Shown here: positions 25,083-35,789 of the stretch, piece by piece
Layout of the letters: every line of letters starts with the position of its first letter
How positions within the stretch are numbered: position 1 is the first letter of the stretch
Source of the DNA: a virus
Virus record (IMG/VR): IMGVR_UViG_3300037246_000990
Coordinates: 55,600 to 119,599 of that record
Reading direction: 5' to 3' (one strand)
Length of the DNA: 64,000 nucleotides
The notes under the pieces: generated by a model
Seen by the model: only the letters and a program-made list of their open reading frames with translations
Databases searched by the model: none
Told to the model about the DNA's origin: nothing
Made by a program: the position numbers and the translations under genes

Positions 25083-25665
25083 AGGTATCCCTAAGATTGA
25101 TACCGAACTCGCCAAGTTGAACATGACGTTCGACAGGGGAGTAGATCTTGACAAGCGCATCATCTACATCTTTAATATAATTGATGAGTCGATGGCCGAG
25201 AATGTAATTGTGAGTTTGCAGCATCTATCCGTTACCGATCCTGAAGCCGGTATCACCATTATGATTAATAGCGAAGGCGGTACCGTGTCTGCTATGTTTG
25301 CTATTTACGATGCGATGCGTGCTTGTACTAACGAGATCACTACTATTGGCATCGGTGAGGTGTGTTCCGCTGCTGGTCTACTGCTAGTAGCTGGAGATAA
25401 GCGCCTCGCTTCTAGAAACTGTCTGTTCATGGCGCATCAGATGATTGGCGGGTACAGCCCAGATGAGAACATTGACACAATCGAAGCACAGGTAGCTGCC
25501 AACAAGATGTGTTGGGATCGCTGGGCCGCAGCAATGGCTGAACACACGAATCAGAAAGTGAACTACTGGAAGCGAGAGCTACCTTCTAAGTTGAATGAGC
25601 TGTGGTTGCCGGTGGAGAAAATGAAGATGCCGAAATACGGAATCGTTGACGGAGTATGGGAGTAA
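25075..25665 (+). CDS. clpP: ClpP-like serine protease
   Basis: INSEGG, IYDAM, CSAAGLLL and FMAHQ motifs. Confidence 0.85.
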   Translation: MPKGIPKIDTELAKLNMTFDRGVDLDKRIIYIFNIIDESMAENVIVSLQHLSVTDPEAGITIMINSEGGTVSAMFAIYDAMRACTNEITTIGIGEVCSAAGLLLVAGDKRLASRNCLFMAHQMIGGYSPDENIDTIEAQVAANKMCWDRWAAAMAEHTNQKVNYWKRELPSKLNELWLPVEKMKMPKYGIVDGVWE

Positions 25666-25922
25666 TCATGAAAACAGTAAAAGAGATAAAAGAACTGCTA
25701 ACCTATCCAGCGTTTATTTGGCTTGTGACAATTGGTGTTTTATTGGCGGTAAATGCATGGACAAAGGAAACTACCACTTTAGACGAAGCGCTTGAGCACC
25801 CGGTTAAGGTGGAGAAGTTTGTAGACAAGGTAAACGGAGTGGTGTGTTACTGGAGTACTCGTCACCCTCAGTACCTTGATTGTGTGAAGGTCACCAATAC
25901 GAGCAAGAGGCACGCACAATGA
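25656..25922 (+). CDS. Membrane-anchored small protein
   Basis: TM helix plus a DKVNGVVCY..LDCV motif. Confidence 0.6.
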   Translation: MGVIMKTVKEIKELLTYPAFIWLVTIGVLLAVNAWTKETTTLDEALEHPVKVEKFVDKVNGVVCYWSTRHPQYLDCVKVTNTSKRHAQ

Positions 25923-26185
25923 CTAAAGAGAAGATGGCACTAATTGAGACGGCTCTTGCTGAGGTGCGAGGTGAGTTGCTTGCCGCTTATGAGAACTACC
26001 CCGACTTTCGTTCCGCTCATGAAGGAGTGGCGATAATAGAGGAGGAGTTCATTGAGTTTAGGGACGCAGCGTACTGGTCACACAAACACCCATTAGATGC
26101 TGAAGTGACTGAGGCACGACAGCTTGCTGCAATGAGTGTTCGCTACTTAGTGGATATATGTTTCAATAAGGAGGCACCAAGATGA
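25919..26185 (+). CDS. MazG-like all-alpha NTP pyrophosphohydrolase-fold protein
   Basis: FRSAHEGVAIIEEEFIE..EARQLAAMSVR. Confidence 0.6.
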   Translation: MTKEKMALIETALAEVRGELLAAYENYPDFRSAHEGVAIIEEEFIEFRDAAYWSHKHPLDAEVTEARQLAAMSVRYLVDICFNKEAPR

Positions 26186-26448
26186 GTTTGAAAGTTACAT
26201 TGGAAGAAGAACCTAGAATATTTCTAGTCAAAGTTGGAGAGAATAGTATCGGCAAAGTCACGTCACACTGGGAGAAGGGTGACGCAGATGATGATGAAAA
26301 CTATCATGCCGCACTCTTCACAAACGATGAAGATAAGAGGGATAAGGGGTTGGGTTGGTTCGACACACTTGAAAAAGCAGGGATAGCTGTAGTGGAGTAC
26401 GCACACGGCCCCACGAAGATCAACAAGGTGACAGAAAGGATCGTATGA
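26182..26448 (+). CDS. Hypothetical protein
   Basis: AGGAGG RBS and ATGA overlaps. Confidence 0.55.
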   Translation: MSLKVTLEEEPRIFLVKVGENSIGKVTSHWEKGDADDDENYHAALFTNDEDKRDKGLGWFDTLEKAGIAVVEYAHGPTKINKVTERIV

Positions 26449-26912
26449 TTACTGAGCTTGCCTACGCCCTGTGTGGGCTCATCATGCTACCGCTAGTGGA
26501 TAACGCTACGGAGTACGACTTGTACACCAACGATGCGTACGATATTACACTGACGCACCCAGACAACATCATAGAGGTGTGCAGAGATGACTACCCCCAG
26601 GTCTATATTTGTGAACCGAGGTACGGGTGCTTCATTAGATCAGACTATTATTACATCGCTCGAAACGAGGACGAAGAGTCTGATCCAGGGGAGAAGCTGG
26701 AGATACGGTGGGTGTGGGATCCAGACTTTGATGATGATGGTATCGTAGGTTTCTTAGACTTTGGTTTGTGGGTCGGTGCGTTCGGAGGTACTGATCCTAG
26801 GGCCGACGCAGACGGGAATGGCATAGTAGGTTTCTCAGACTTTGGTTGGTTTGTGCAGCGGTTTGGTGAGTGTCTTAGTGAGAACCTTGTGAAGGTGGTG
26901 CCTTGTGGCTAG
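26445..26912 (+). CDS. Protein with C-terminal dockerin-like double Ca-binding repeat
   Basis: DFDDDGIVGFLDF / DADGNGIVGFSDF repeat; hydrophobic N-terminus. Confidence 0.7.
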   Translation: MITELAYALCGLIMLPLVDNATEYDLYTNDAYDITLTHPDNIIEVCRDDYPQVYICEPRYGCFIRSDYYYIARNEDEESDPGEKLEIRWVWDPDFDDDGIVGFLDFGLWVGAFGGTDPRADADGNGIVGFSDFGWFVQRFGECLSENLVKVVPCG

Positions 26913-27555
26913 GAAGAAGAAGAAGAAACGATGTGGCAGGTGCCACGTTCTAAAGCCAATTACGAAGTTTCCTCCTTGTAAGATGGGTAAGGACGGGGTT
27001 TACAGTTATTGTAAGCCGTGCCATTGTGCATATCAAAAAGAGAGGCATCCTAACCGAAAAGAGATTGATGAAAAAGCAGCTCGCAGAATAGGATTAAAGA
27101 AACAAGAGCTAAAGACTTGTACATCGTGTAAAACTGTGCATCCTTATAGTAATTTCTATAGTGATTCTAGACATATCGACGGTAAACAAAGTATTTGTAA
27201 AGATTGCTGGTATGTCAAGGGTAACACATCCTATCTAAAGAAGGAATATGGTCTAACAGTGGATGAATTTCATCTATTATTAGACGCTCAGGGTGGTTGT
27301 TGTGTAATCTGCCGTCGACCTCCGAAGAAGAACCGATTCAATATAGATCATTGTCATAAGACGCATCGGATCAGAGCGTTACTCTGTGTCAACTGTAACA
27401 CTAATCTTTTGCCTCTTATTGAAGCCCACCCTGATTGGGTGAAAAGAGCTTTTGATTATCTAGAAAACCCACCGGCTTTTGAAGTTATAGGTAAAAGACA
27501 AGTACCAAAAACAAATCAAGCACGTAGGAAGCAGAAGGAGAAAACAAATGGGTAA
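26905..27555 (+). CDS. Endonuclease VII-family nuclease with tandem N-terminal Zn fingers
   Basis: YGLT..QGGCCVIC..IDHCH..RALLCVNCN. Confidence 0.85.
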   Translation: MARKKKKKRCGRCHVLKPITKFPPCKMGKDGVYSYCKPCHCAYQKERHPNRKEIDEKAARRIGLKKQELKTCTSCKTVHPYSNFYSDSRHIDGKQSICKDCWYVKGNTSYLKKEYGLTVDEFHLLLDAQGGCCVICRRPPKKNRFNIDHCHKTHRIRALLCVNCNTNLLPLIEAHPDWVKRAFDYLENPPAFEVIGKRQVPKTNQARRKQKEKTNG

Positions 27556-28321
27556 ACGTGTAGACCATACGGGACACAGACTTGTGTTTGATATCGAAGT
27601 CTCTCCGGCGATCTACTGGATTTGGAAGGGTGGGTACGGTATCAATGTACCGACCAGTAACTTGCTTGAAGAGCCTAAAGTGATCTGCATCAGTTACAAA
27701 TGGGAAGGTGAGCAGCAGACACACCACCTACAATGGGACAAAAAGCAGTGTGATAAGAAGATGCTGAAGAAATTCATTCCGATCATGCAAGAAGCAGGGG
27801 TACTGATTGGTCATAACTCAGACAACTTCGATATTCGTTGGCTGCGTACGAGATGCCTATATCATAGACTACCTTGCCCGCCTGACTTCATCACCATCGA
27901 TACGTGGAAGCAGGCGAAGAAGTTTCTGAGACTCCAGGGGAATGGCCTAAAGTACGTCGCCCAATTTCTCCGACTTAAGAAAGGCAAGCTTGTGACCGCT
28001 GAAAACGCGGGGCTGTGGAAGGAAGTGGTATTCAAGAAGAGTGCTAAAGCAATGAAAGAGATGCTAGCCTATTGCGACCGCGACGTAGATGTTACTATGG
28101 AAGTTTATGAAGCGTTCGTCCCTTACACCGGCACCATCGGCCACCGTGGCAAGAGCATGCAGGACTGCGCTCACTGCGGTAGCAGTAACACCAAGTGGGA
28201 GAAGAATCGGGTCTCTACTGCTGGTATGAAGAGGACACAGTTCAGGTGTCAGGAACCAGGCTGTATGAAGTATGGTACTTGTGCAGCTAGTAAATGGTAC
28301 AAAAACACCAAGATAAAGTAG
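27548..28321 (+). CDS. DEDD/RNase H-like 3'-5' exonuclease with C-terminal Zn ribbon
   Basis: FDIE, GHNSDNFD, IDT and YCDRDV motifs. Confidence 0.85.
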   Translation: MGKRVDHTGHRLVFDIEVSPAIYWIWKGGYGINVPTSNLLEEPKVICISYKWEGEQQTHHLQWDKKQCDKKMLKKFIPIMQEAGVLIGHNSDNFDIRWLRTRCLYHRLPCPPDFITIDTWKQAKKFLRLQGNGLKYVAQFLRLKKGKLVTAENAGLWKEVVFKKSAKAMKEMLAYCDRDVDVTMEVYEAFVPYTGTIGHRGKSMQDCAHCGSSNTKWEKNRVSTAGMKRTQFRCQEPGCMKYGTCAASKWYKNTKIK

Positions 28322-28337
28322 ACAGGAGGACTGTAAA

Positions 28338-28757
28338 TTGCGTGTTTACCTCTGTGGACCGATGGATAACTACACCGAAGAAGAGTTGAGTACTTGGAGG
28401 AAGGATGCTAAGAACTATCTAGGTCTCCAAGGGATCACATGCCTCGACCCAACGGATCGCATCTACAGGAATGAGGATTACGGAAGCGATCCAGAGAGTG
28501 TGCTGCCTGATCTTGTTGAAGCAGACAAGATCGACATTGAGGCATCAGATGTGCTCCTCGTTAACTACACGAAGGTAAGCGTAGGGACCAGCATGGAGAT
28601 TTTATTGGCTTGGATGAAGGACAAGCACGTAATTGTAGTGGCTCCCGAAGGCATGCACCTGAGTGCGTGGGTTCATTACCATTCTCACAGAGTATTCCGA
28701 AGTATGCAGGAAGCATACGACCATATCATTCAGTTCAACCTTCGTATCGGGCCATGA
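28338..28757 (+). CDS. Nucleoside 2-deoxyribosyltransferase-like / nucleotide N-glycosidase
   Basis: VYLCGPM, DKIDIEASDVLLV and SVGTSMEI motifs. Confidence 0.85.
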   Translation: MRVYLCGPMDNYTEEELSTWRKDAKNYLGLQGITCLDPTDRIYRNEDYGSDPESVLPDLVEADKIDIEASDVLLVNYTKVSVGTSMEILLAWMKDKHVIVVAPEGMHLSAWVHYHSHRVFRSMQEAYDHIIQFNLRIGP

Positions 28758-29074
28758 GGAACTGGAGGGAGTGGTTCATAACACCTGAGGATGAGGCCCC
28801 AGTCTATGAGACTGAGGATGACATTCGAGTACTATCAGGGTCCGGACATATAAAAGAGGGTAAGATCCTCCCTATCCGGAAGAAGCTGCCTCCTCGCTGC
28901 GCCACCTGTAAGAAGTTCGTAGGCTCCGATACAGGCATGCATCTCCTGCTAACAGGGCAGTGGAGGGTTCATATCTCCTGCTTCGCTGAGGTGCTGGAAC
29001 GCCACTACAAGGACGGAGAGCTGATTGACTTCACCAATGGATCCATCAGAAAGATTGATTACGACGATTCTTGA
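28754..29074 (+). CDS. CxxC..HxxC zinc-finger protein
   Basis: CATC..HISC; start taken at the ATGA overlap at 28754. Confidence 0.55.
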   Translation: MRNWREWFITPEDEAPVYETEDDIRVLSGSGHIKEGKILPIRKKLPPRCATCKKFVGSDTGMHLLLTGQWRVHISCFAEVLERHYKDGELIDFTNGSIRKIDYDDS

Positions 29075-29086
29075 CCGGCAGACAGG

Positions 29087-29116
29087 GTTGCAAAAGTTTG
29101 AAAGAAAAGCTATAAT
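29087..29116 (+). promoter_or_regulatory. Conserved promoter element copy C (identical to A)
   Basis: GTTGCAAAAGTTTGAAAGAAAAGCTATAAT. Confidence 0.88.
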
Positions 29117-29134
29117 TGAGGTTAAGGAGAGCAA

Positions 29135-30253
29135 ATGAATAAAAGCGAGAAGGGTAGGACCCTCTTGATGACGATTGATAAAAGGATGAAGGTCGCCCGG
29201 GAGATGTACGGGATGGAACCTCTGCTTCAGTATCAGGCTATGATGAATGCAGCGCTTGAGGGGGATACCTCGGTACTTAGGTATATGCATGAAGGTCGGG
29301 GGGATAAAGAAAGTGCACTCAAGCAACTAACTATATGGTTCGGAGCGTATATTTCATTTCAAGAAAGTGACGATGAATTTCAATACGTGTTTGTTGACGA
29401 CGCTTCTTACCTGTCTGTGCATATCAATAAGTATGATAAAGATGGTAAGAACCATATCGAGGTTGACTTGGTGACAACCCAACAGGAAACATTCGATAAG
29501 ATTAAGGACAAGTTTAAGAGCCTAGTTCAGACCTCACCACCTTCGAACGCTGTGCTTGCTCTGGTTAGCACCCCAAACGGCTTGGGGCTTTCAGCTCTTG
29601 GACAGTTCAAGCAAGAGCTACTTACTTGTAACTACTCGGCTAATGTCATTAAAGGGTTTGAGCATGTGAAGGCTTGTCTCGCTACTAAGTCACCTTGTGG
29701 TCGGCTTGTGCTGTTTCAAGGGGCACCGGGTACGGGTAAGAGCTATATGATTAGATCTTTGGTGTCTACTGTTGAGTCTACTTTCATTATCGTTGGCTCC
29801 AATATGATTGCCGATCTATCTGGGCCTGCCATACTGCCGGTTCTGATGAGCACTGGGCGTGACCAGGATAAGCCGATTACGTTTATTCTTGAAGACGCAG
29901 ACGTGGCGCTCTCTGACAGGAAGTCATCAGGGATGAATCATCTTAGTGGTTTACTGAACCTCGGAGATGGCCTCCTTGGTGAGATGATGGACATCAGAAT
30001 CGTAGCCACGACCAACGCAGGTACGATGGAACTTGATGATGCGATTGTCCGACCCGGAAGGATGTGTCAGCACATCATGTTCGATTCGCTCAGTGCCACC
30101 GAAGCAAATGTGCTGTACTCTAAGCTGGTCGAGGGTAAGGATAAGGACACTCATATTACTAAAGCACTAACCTTGGCTGAGGTCTACAGGATGGCCCGTC
30201 AGGATGGGTGGGTACCACCTAAGCCCACCGTGACACACGGCGCATACGTTTAA
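29135..30253 (+). CDS. AAA+ ATPase
   Basis: GAPGTGKS, ILEDAD, LLNLGDG, TTN and RPGR motifs. Confidence 0.9.
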   Translation: MNKSEKGRTLLMTIDKRMKVAREMYGMEPLLQYQAMMNAALEGDTSVLRYMHEGRGDKESALKQLTIWFGAYISFQESDDEFQYVFVDDASYLSVHINKYDKDGKNHIEVDLVTTQQETFDKIKDKFKSLVQTSPPSNAVLALVSTPNGLGLSALGQFKQELLTCNYSANVIKGFEHVKACLATKSPCGRLVLFQGAPGTGKSYMIRSLVSTVESTFIIVGSNMIADLSGPAILPVLMSTGRDQDKPITFILEDADVALSDRKSSGMNHLSGLLNLGDGLLGEMMDIRIVATTNAGTMELDDAIVRPGRMCQHIMFDSLSATEANVLYSKLVEGKDKDTHITKALTLAEVYRMARQDGWVPPKPTVTHGAYV

Positions 30254-30262
30254 GGAGGGAAC

Positions 30263-30664
30263 ATGGGACAAGAGCATATCGAGTTTGTGTTTAACGATGC
30301 AAAGGCTACTATTATCGAGCGCGGTAATGAGCGGGATCAGCCTGATGGGGAGCGTACCATCCCCCGCTGTGTGACGGCGTTCAACGCCATCACAGGGCAT
30401 AAGCTATCGAACTGTGACGGGTGGTTGTTCATGGAGATCTTGAAGAAATGCCGCTCCGTCCAGGGTACATACAAGTACGACGATTACCGAGACGGTGTAG
30501 GCTACGCTGCCCTTAGGGCAGAGGAAGCTAGGATGGAACACGAAAAGGCGACGCCTGACGTTACCTCTGAGTTGGTGTTCAAACCTTGTGCTCATGGCTA
30601 TACGAACTGTAGTACGTGCGGTCTCTCGATGGTACCTGTGGAGTGTGATACCCGTGCCGTTTGA
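30263..30664 (+). CDS. DUF6378-like phage protein
   Basis: [30 protein letters not shown]. Confidence 0.7.
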   Translation: MGQEHIEFVFNDAKATIIERGNERDQPDGERTIPRCVTAFNAITGHKLSNCDGWLFMEILKKCRSVQGTYKYDDYRDGVGYAALRAEEARMEHEKATPDVTSELVFKPCAHGYTNCSTCGLSMVPVECDTRAV

Positions 30665-33600
30665 CAAGAAGGGTAACTGGATAGGTAAGACTAAGGATGA
30701 AGTAGATGCCTTCGTGTCCTCCCTCGATGAGGAGATGCAGACAGTACCTAAGGAACTCCAATTACAAATCCAGGCCCTAGGTGATCAGGTGCTGGGTGCT
30801 AACAGCGCTCTGGTAAAGTCAAACAAGAACAGGGGGAAGGCATTTTCCAACATTCTGTACAAGGGAGTCAAGCCGGTAGATATTGTGATCCCGGTGTATG
30901 GTGGGCTCCACGTCTTAGCTCCATGTCTCGCTTCCATCATCCAGCGTACAGGTTGGCCGTACAGACTCATCCTCGTTGACGACGCCTCGCCTGACAAGGG
31001 CACCACTGCGTGGCTTAAGACGTGGGCTACGGAGCACCCCAACCACACCGTCCTCTACAACAAGAAGAATCGAGGCTTCGCTGCCACAGTCAACCGAGGC
31101 ATCGAGGCAGGGGATAACGACTACATCTGCGTCCTCAATTCAGACGTGCTGGTCACGAAAGGCTGGCTCTTCAAGCTGGTGGTGGCGATGGAGACGGATC
31201 CGAAGCACAACAAAATCATCAACCCCTGCACCAACAACACCGCCCTTATCAACATCCCTCTCCAAGAGGGCTACGACTACAACGATATGAACCGGGCCTT
31301 TGAGAAGCTGTCTTCTCATTCCTACCCGGAGATCATGCCTACAGGCTTCTGCTTCTTCATGCCCCGCTCTTTAGTGAATGACATAGGTACCTTCGATGAG
31401 GGGTACGTGTCCTACGGTGAGGAGTCAGACTTCTGGATGCGGACAATTACTCGGATCCATAATGGTGGAGTGGTGAACTGGAGATCAATACTCGCAGACG
31501 ACACTTACATCTTCCACGAGAGAGGCACCTCGTTCGGTGTGATGGGCGCGGAAGAGCACATGGGGTTCCGGAAAGCAGGGTCAGCCCGGTTTCATGGTAT
31601 CTGGCCTGGGTTCAAGGCATGGGAACAGTCCTTTGACATCCGTAAGTCCTTAGCAACCTTAAGGACACCTGTCGCTGAAGACCTCATCAAGAAAGAGAAC
31701 CCGCCGTACCACATCTGCTTCGTGGTGTACAGCACGGAGAATTGCGGTGGCATGAAGGTGATTGCAGACATCGTTAACCACCTCAATGAGACAGGAGTAG
31801 ACGCTAAGATCGCTCACGTCAAGAGAGACCCTAAAATGAAGAAGAACGTGTTGCCTTCACTGCGGACAGAACCCATCGTATTTGAAGGCACGCCTGACTT
31901 CATCAACAACTTCCACGACCGAGTGTTCAAAGAAGGTATCGTGGTAGCTGGTACTGGAGAGCTGATGCCTCTGGTGGCTGCGGTTACTCACGGGAACTCC
32001 AAACTGACCTCGATCCATTTCTCACAGAGTGATGACCTCTGTATCGCCCCCTCCAAGCAGTTGAAGGATTCTATCAGGAACGCTAACAAGCTGGCTGACT
32101 TCACCTTCACCAATAGCAAGTGGACAGCGAAGAAGATGGCTAAATCTCACAAGGTACACGGCACCATCAACCCTGGGTACGACGAACTGATGTTCTCCCC
32201 TAAAGGTAGAGAAGAAGGTGACGAGCGTCCTACTATGTTGGTGTCTCTCGGCAATCAGGTGTACCCCTTCAAGGGGCATGACCGTGGTGTCGAGCTGTGT
32301 CACCACGTACATAGGCTTTGCAAAGAGAATAAGAAGGAGGTTCGGATCCTGGCTAACGGAGTTGATTCGGTGCAAGGCTCTCCCTACATTATAGGGCTAG
32401 GTATCCTACCTCAGACGAGGTTCGCCAAGGTTTTAGGGACAGAGGTAGACGTCTACGTTGATCCTGCAAGGAACCACAGCTACGGGCTACCCTCCTTAGA
32501 GGCGATGGCTTCTGGTGCAGTGCCGGTGTGTTGGGACAACAAGGGCATCAGGGAGTATGCGACGCACGATCTTGACGCTATCGTCCTCAACAACAAGACA
32601 GTACCCGAGGTCCTGGCAGAGAGGATCTACAACCTCCTATTCAATGAGCCGAAGCGATTAGCTCAGCTCAGGGAAGCGGGGCAGAAGACAGTTCGGAAGC
32701 TGACCCGGCAACAAGGAGTCTTCGACTTCATCAAGCTGCTAGAGAAGAAGCTCGACCTCAGAGTGCAATCTAAGAAGATTGCAATTATCACCCCGCACCT
32801 AAGGAAGCACGGCGGACCCACCACTATCCTGAACACGGCCAACATGCTCCAAAAAGCAGGGCACAATGTGTGTCTCTACTCCATTTACACCGATATCGCC
32901 CCAAGCATTCAGAAGAGCTGTGAGGTACCGCTGCGGGTGGACTGGCAGAACATTCCGCCTTGTGACTTGTTGATCTCGAACTCAGACAACGAACACAACA
33001 AGGAATTCCTTGAGATGTCACACATTAATAAGAAGGTCATGCTCAAGCTGTCACACAACCCCAGGTTCCAGTCACTAGAGGCTGACTCGTTGAACCTTAA
33101 GTGGGACGCCATAGCCACCAGCACGCAGTGGCTAAAGGATGCGTGTGAGACGGTGACTGAGGGGTGGAAATACAAGACACATAAGAACGCTAAGCGGGTG
33201 GGGTGGTACCACTACGGACATGAGCTGTTCAGTGCAGCAGCAAACCGCCGAAGGTTCGGCGATAAGGACGTCGGCCTCACCGTAGGAACATTGATCCATC
33301 AACATCCTCTTAAGGGAACCACTGAGGCACTTCAAGTTATGGAAGCTATGGCTCGTAGGTACCCCAGTAAGCTCCAGTTGGTGGGTGTAGGTGAAGCACC
33401 TGAGTTTGCTAAGACGAAACCTGACTGGTTGAACTACGTACTCAGCCCGAGCAGAGAAGAGATGTCTAAAGTCATGGCGCAGGTAGACATTTGGATCGTC
33501 GCATCCCATACCGAGGGGCTAGGGCGCATGACGTTGGAGGCCATGTCCAGCGCTTGCGCCATTGTGTCCACTGACACCGGGGCTGAGTTCCTTGAAGACG

Positions 33601-33785
33601 GGAAGAACTGCCTGCTTGCTAAGGTAGGCGACGTCGAAGGTCTTACGAAGTGCGTTGATATCCTCTACCAAGAGACAGAGTACAAACAAACTCTAGTGAG
33701 TGCTGGCTTCGACACAGCAACAAAAGCGGCCGACTCGACGGAGTATAAGAAGAACTGGAACAGGATCATAGGAGACTTGTTTTGA
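30654..33785 (+). CDS. Three-domain glycosyltransferase (GT2 plus two GT4/GT-B)
   Basis: IVIPVY/VDDAS/LNSD (GT2); [20 protein letters not shown] and [19 protein letters not shown] (GT4). GTG start at 30654 follows a GGAG. Confidence 0.9.
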   Translation: MPFDKKGNWIGKTKDEVDAFVSSLDEEMQTVPKELQLQIQALGDQVLGANSALVKSNKNRGKAFSNILYKGVKPVDIVIPVYGGLHVLAPCLASIIQRTGWPYRLILVDDASPDKGTTAWLKTWATEHPNHTVLYNKKNRGFAATVNRGIEAGDNDYICVLNSDVLVTKGWLFKLVVAMETDPKHNKIINPCTNNTALINIPLQEGYDYNDMNRAFEKLSSHSYPEIMPTGFCFFMPRSLVNDIGTFDEGYVSYGEESDFWMRTITRIHNGGVVNWRSILADDTYIFHERGTSFGVMGAEEHMGFRKAGSARFHGIWPGFKAWEQSFDIRKSLATLRTPVAEDLIKKENPPYHICFVVYSTENCGGMKVIADIVNHLNETGVDAKIAHVKRDPKMKKNVLPSLRTEPIVFEGTPDFINNFHDRVFKEGIVVAGTGELMPLVAAVTHGNSKLTSIHFSQSDDLCIAPSKQLKDSIRNANKLADFTFTNSKWTAKKMAKSHKVHGTINPGYDELMFSPKGREEGDERPTMLVSLGNQVYPFKGHDRGVELCHHVHRLCKENKKEVRILANGVDSVQGSPYIIGLGILPQTRFAKVLGTEVDVYVDPARNHSYGLPSLEAMASGAVPVCWDNKGIREYATHDLDAIVLNNKTVPEVLAERIYNLLFNEPKRLAQLREAGQKTVRKLTRQQGVFDFIKLLEKKLDLRVQSKKIAIITPHLRKHGGPTTILNTANMLQKAGHNVCLYSIYTDIAPSIQKSCEVPLRVDWQNIPPCDLLISNSDNEHNKEFLEMSHINKKVMLKLSHNPRFQSLEADSLNLKWDAIATSTQWLKDACETVTEGWKYKTHKNAKRVGWYHYGHELFSAAANRRRFGDKDVGLTVGTLIHQHPLKGTTEALQVMEAMARRYPSKLQLVGVGEAPEFAKTKPDWLNYVLSPSREEMSKVMAQVDIWIVASHTEGLGRMTLEAMSSACAIVSTDTGAEFLEDGKNCLLAKVGDVEGLTKCVDILYQETEYKQTLVSAGFDTATKAADSTEYKKNWNRIIGDLF

Positions 33786-33952
33786 ACCAAGAAGAACTGA
33801 CCAAACAGATTGAGCATGCTTTCCAGTACGCAGCACCCGGGAAGTTCAAGAACACCAAAGAGGCGCTACAGGTAGTAGCTTCAGCTCTCCGATTCTTGAC
33901 GAATCAGTGTGAAAACATGGACACAATAGAGGCTCCGAATGACGACGACTAG
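33782..33952 (+). CDS. 56-aa hypothetical protein
   Basis: Manual translation from TTG ([14 protein letters not shown]...). Fills the gap; GGAG RBS. Confidence 0.45.
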   Translation: MNQEELTKQIEHAFQYAAPGKFKNTKEALQVVASALRFLTNQCENMDTIEAPNDDD

Positions 33953-34688
33953 AGCTGTAGCTATTAGCACATACAACAGAAGTACCCGTTTAGGTGAAGT
34001 AATAGAAGGAGTGCTGAGCACTGTACCTAAAAACACAGACGTGTTCGTAGTAGATGATGGTAGTACAGATTCCACTGCTAGTTTGATGGGTAGCTTCCGG
34101 GGCGCACACTACTACCGGGGCCCGAACATGGGGGTTGGTACGAACAAAACCCGCTGCTTGTATCTCATGAAGAACCACCACTTCAGTTGCATTCTCGAAG
34201 ACGATCTTGTACCCACAGAGAAGAACTGGTTTGAATGCTATGAGGCCGCAGCCACCTTGATGGATGTCCATCACTGGTGTCGGGTCCAAGACAAAGAGAT
34301 ATCGGAGACAATGCCGTCCTTTACTGAATACATGAAGAAGACTATGAACGCCACCCCAATCTACGCATCGTCGCCGAGGGGGGACATGACCTTCATCACT
34401 CGTAAGGTCATCAGCACGGTCGGTGGTATGGACCCCGCGTTCCAGGGCGTTGGATATGCTCACGGTAGCTGGAGTAACAGAGTAGTGCGGGCAGGGCTTA
34501 TCTCTCATCCTCTTAAGTGGATCGACATCGCTGAATGCCGGGATAAGTTTAAGCAGGTGGGCGACACAGAAGGGGGCCGCTGGGATGAAGATCCGGAGAA
34601 GATTAAGAAGCAGCTCGCGTATAATAAGAAGGTATCGAAGAAGCTGGGCGACCTTGAGCAAATCTACTGTCCGCTGAGGCTACGCTAA
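33939..34688 (+). CDS. GT2 glycosyltransferase
   Basis: ISTYNR, VVDDGSTD, ILEDD and VGGMD motifs. Confidence 0.88.
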   Translation: MTTTRAVAISTYNRSTRLGEVIEGVLSTVPKNTDVFVVDDGSTDSTASLMGSFRGAHYYRGPNMGVGTNKTRCLYLMKNHHFSCILEDDLVPTEKNWFECYEAAATLMDVHHWCRVQDKEISETMPSFTEYMKKTMNATPIYASSPRGDMTFITRKVISTVGGMDPAFQGVGYAHGSWSNRVVRAGLISHPLKWIDIAECRDKFKQVGDTEGGRWDEDPEKIKKQLAYNKKVSKKLGDLEQIYCPLRLR

Positions 34689-35617
34689 TGGCTAATATTC
34701 TTCTAGGCTATCGGCAGGACTACGATAAGCGCGGCGATCTTGTGAAGTCGTACTCTCATAGCACACATCAAGCTTTAATAAATCTGAACCATTCTGTTAC
34801 CCCTGTAGGTGAGGGTCACGATCTTGTTTCTCTGTCCGATCCACGGTGGTCGAAGACACCTAAAGATGTAATGGATTACGATTTGTTCCTTGACATCGAT
34901 AGCGGGCGCAACAAGGACGGAGAGTTGGCCTTTCAGACTGAGAAGCCTCCTATCCTCTCGGCTGTACGATTTATAGATTCGCACGGCCACGCTACCCTGC
35001 ATAAGCGGCTAGCTAAGAACTATGACCATGTGTTCTTTGCAGTGTGGGATAAACGGGATCTGTTCACCAAACATCCGTCATCCCACTGGTGCCCAAATGC
35101 TTCAGATGCGAAATACTTTTACAAGGATATCCTCCCTGACGCACATGAATCTCGGCCCTTCGACGTGGGGTTCTTCGGGAGTAAGCACGGGCTTGATCGG
35201 GCCGACATACTCAAGACTGTAGGGGACCGCAACAAGTGGAAGCTCGACATCCGACAGCTTGGGAAGACCACGAATCGATGGCCGCACACAGCCGAGGCCA
35301 TGGCGCAGTGCAGAGTGTTGTTCAACAAGGGCCAGAAGCACGACGGTCCTAATCAACGGGTGCTTGAGAGCATGCTGATGGAGCGTCCGCTGGTTAATGA
35401 TCGCGATCCTAGGGATGGTATGTCACAGCTCTTTGAGGAGGGGGAGCACTACCTCGGTTACGATAGTGATTCGGAACTCGCTAACAACATCCAGTGGTGC
35501 CTCCGAGAACCATCCTTGGCTAGCGCTATGGCTAAGCGAGCTTATCGGGTGGCGTACGAGAAACACCAAGTCAAGCACAGGGTGGAACAGATACTGGAGG
35601 TGACAGGTGTCGGATAA
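34688..35617 (+). CDS. CgeB-like GT-B glycosyltransferase
   Basis: DVGFFGS, NQRVLES and FEEGEH motifs. Confidence 0.8.
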   Translation: MANILLGYRQDYDKRGDLVKSYSHSTHQALINLNHSVTPVGEGHDLVSLSDPRWSKTPKDVMDYDLFLDIDSGRNKDGELAFQTEKPPILSAVRFIDSHGHATLHKRLAKNYDHVFFAVWDKRDLFTKHPSSHWCPNASDAKYFYKDILPDAHESRPFDVGFFGSKHGLDRADILKTVGDRNKWKLDIRQLGKTTNRWPHTAEAMAQCRVLFNKGQKHDGPNQRVLESMLMERPLVNDRDPRDGMSQLFEEGEHYLGYDSDSELANNIQWCLREPSLASAMAKRAYRVAYEKHQVKHRVEQILEVTGVG

Positions 35618-35789
35618 AGAAAAGCGGGAGCAACGATGGCGAGCTAGCGCTCATATTCAATTCTTGATTAAACAGTTGAGAAAGCAGAGAGAGCAGAAAA
35701 GAATGTCAGTTGAAACTGTACAGAAATGTAAGGAGACTATAAAGAGGCTTAAGCGTCTTAAAGATGAGGAGATGACAGGGATTGGGTAA
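35607..35789 (+). CDS. Small basic hypothetical protein
   Basis: GGAGG RBS; fills the gap between neighbours. Confidence 0.45.
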   Translation: MSDKEKREQRWRASAHIQFLIKQLRKQREQKRMSVETVQKCKETIKRLKRLKDEEMTGIG

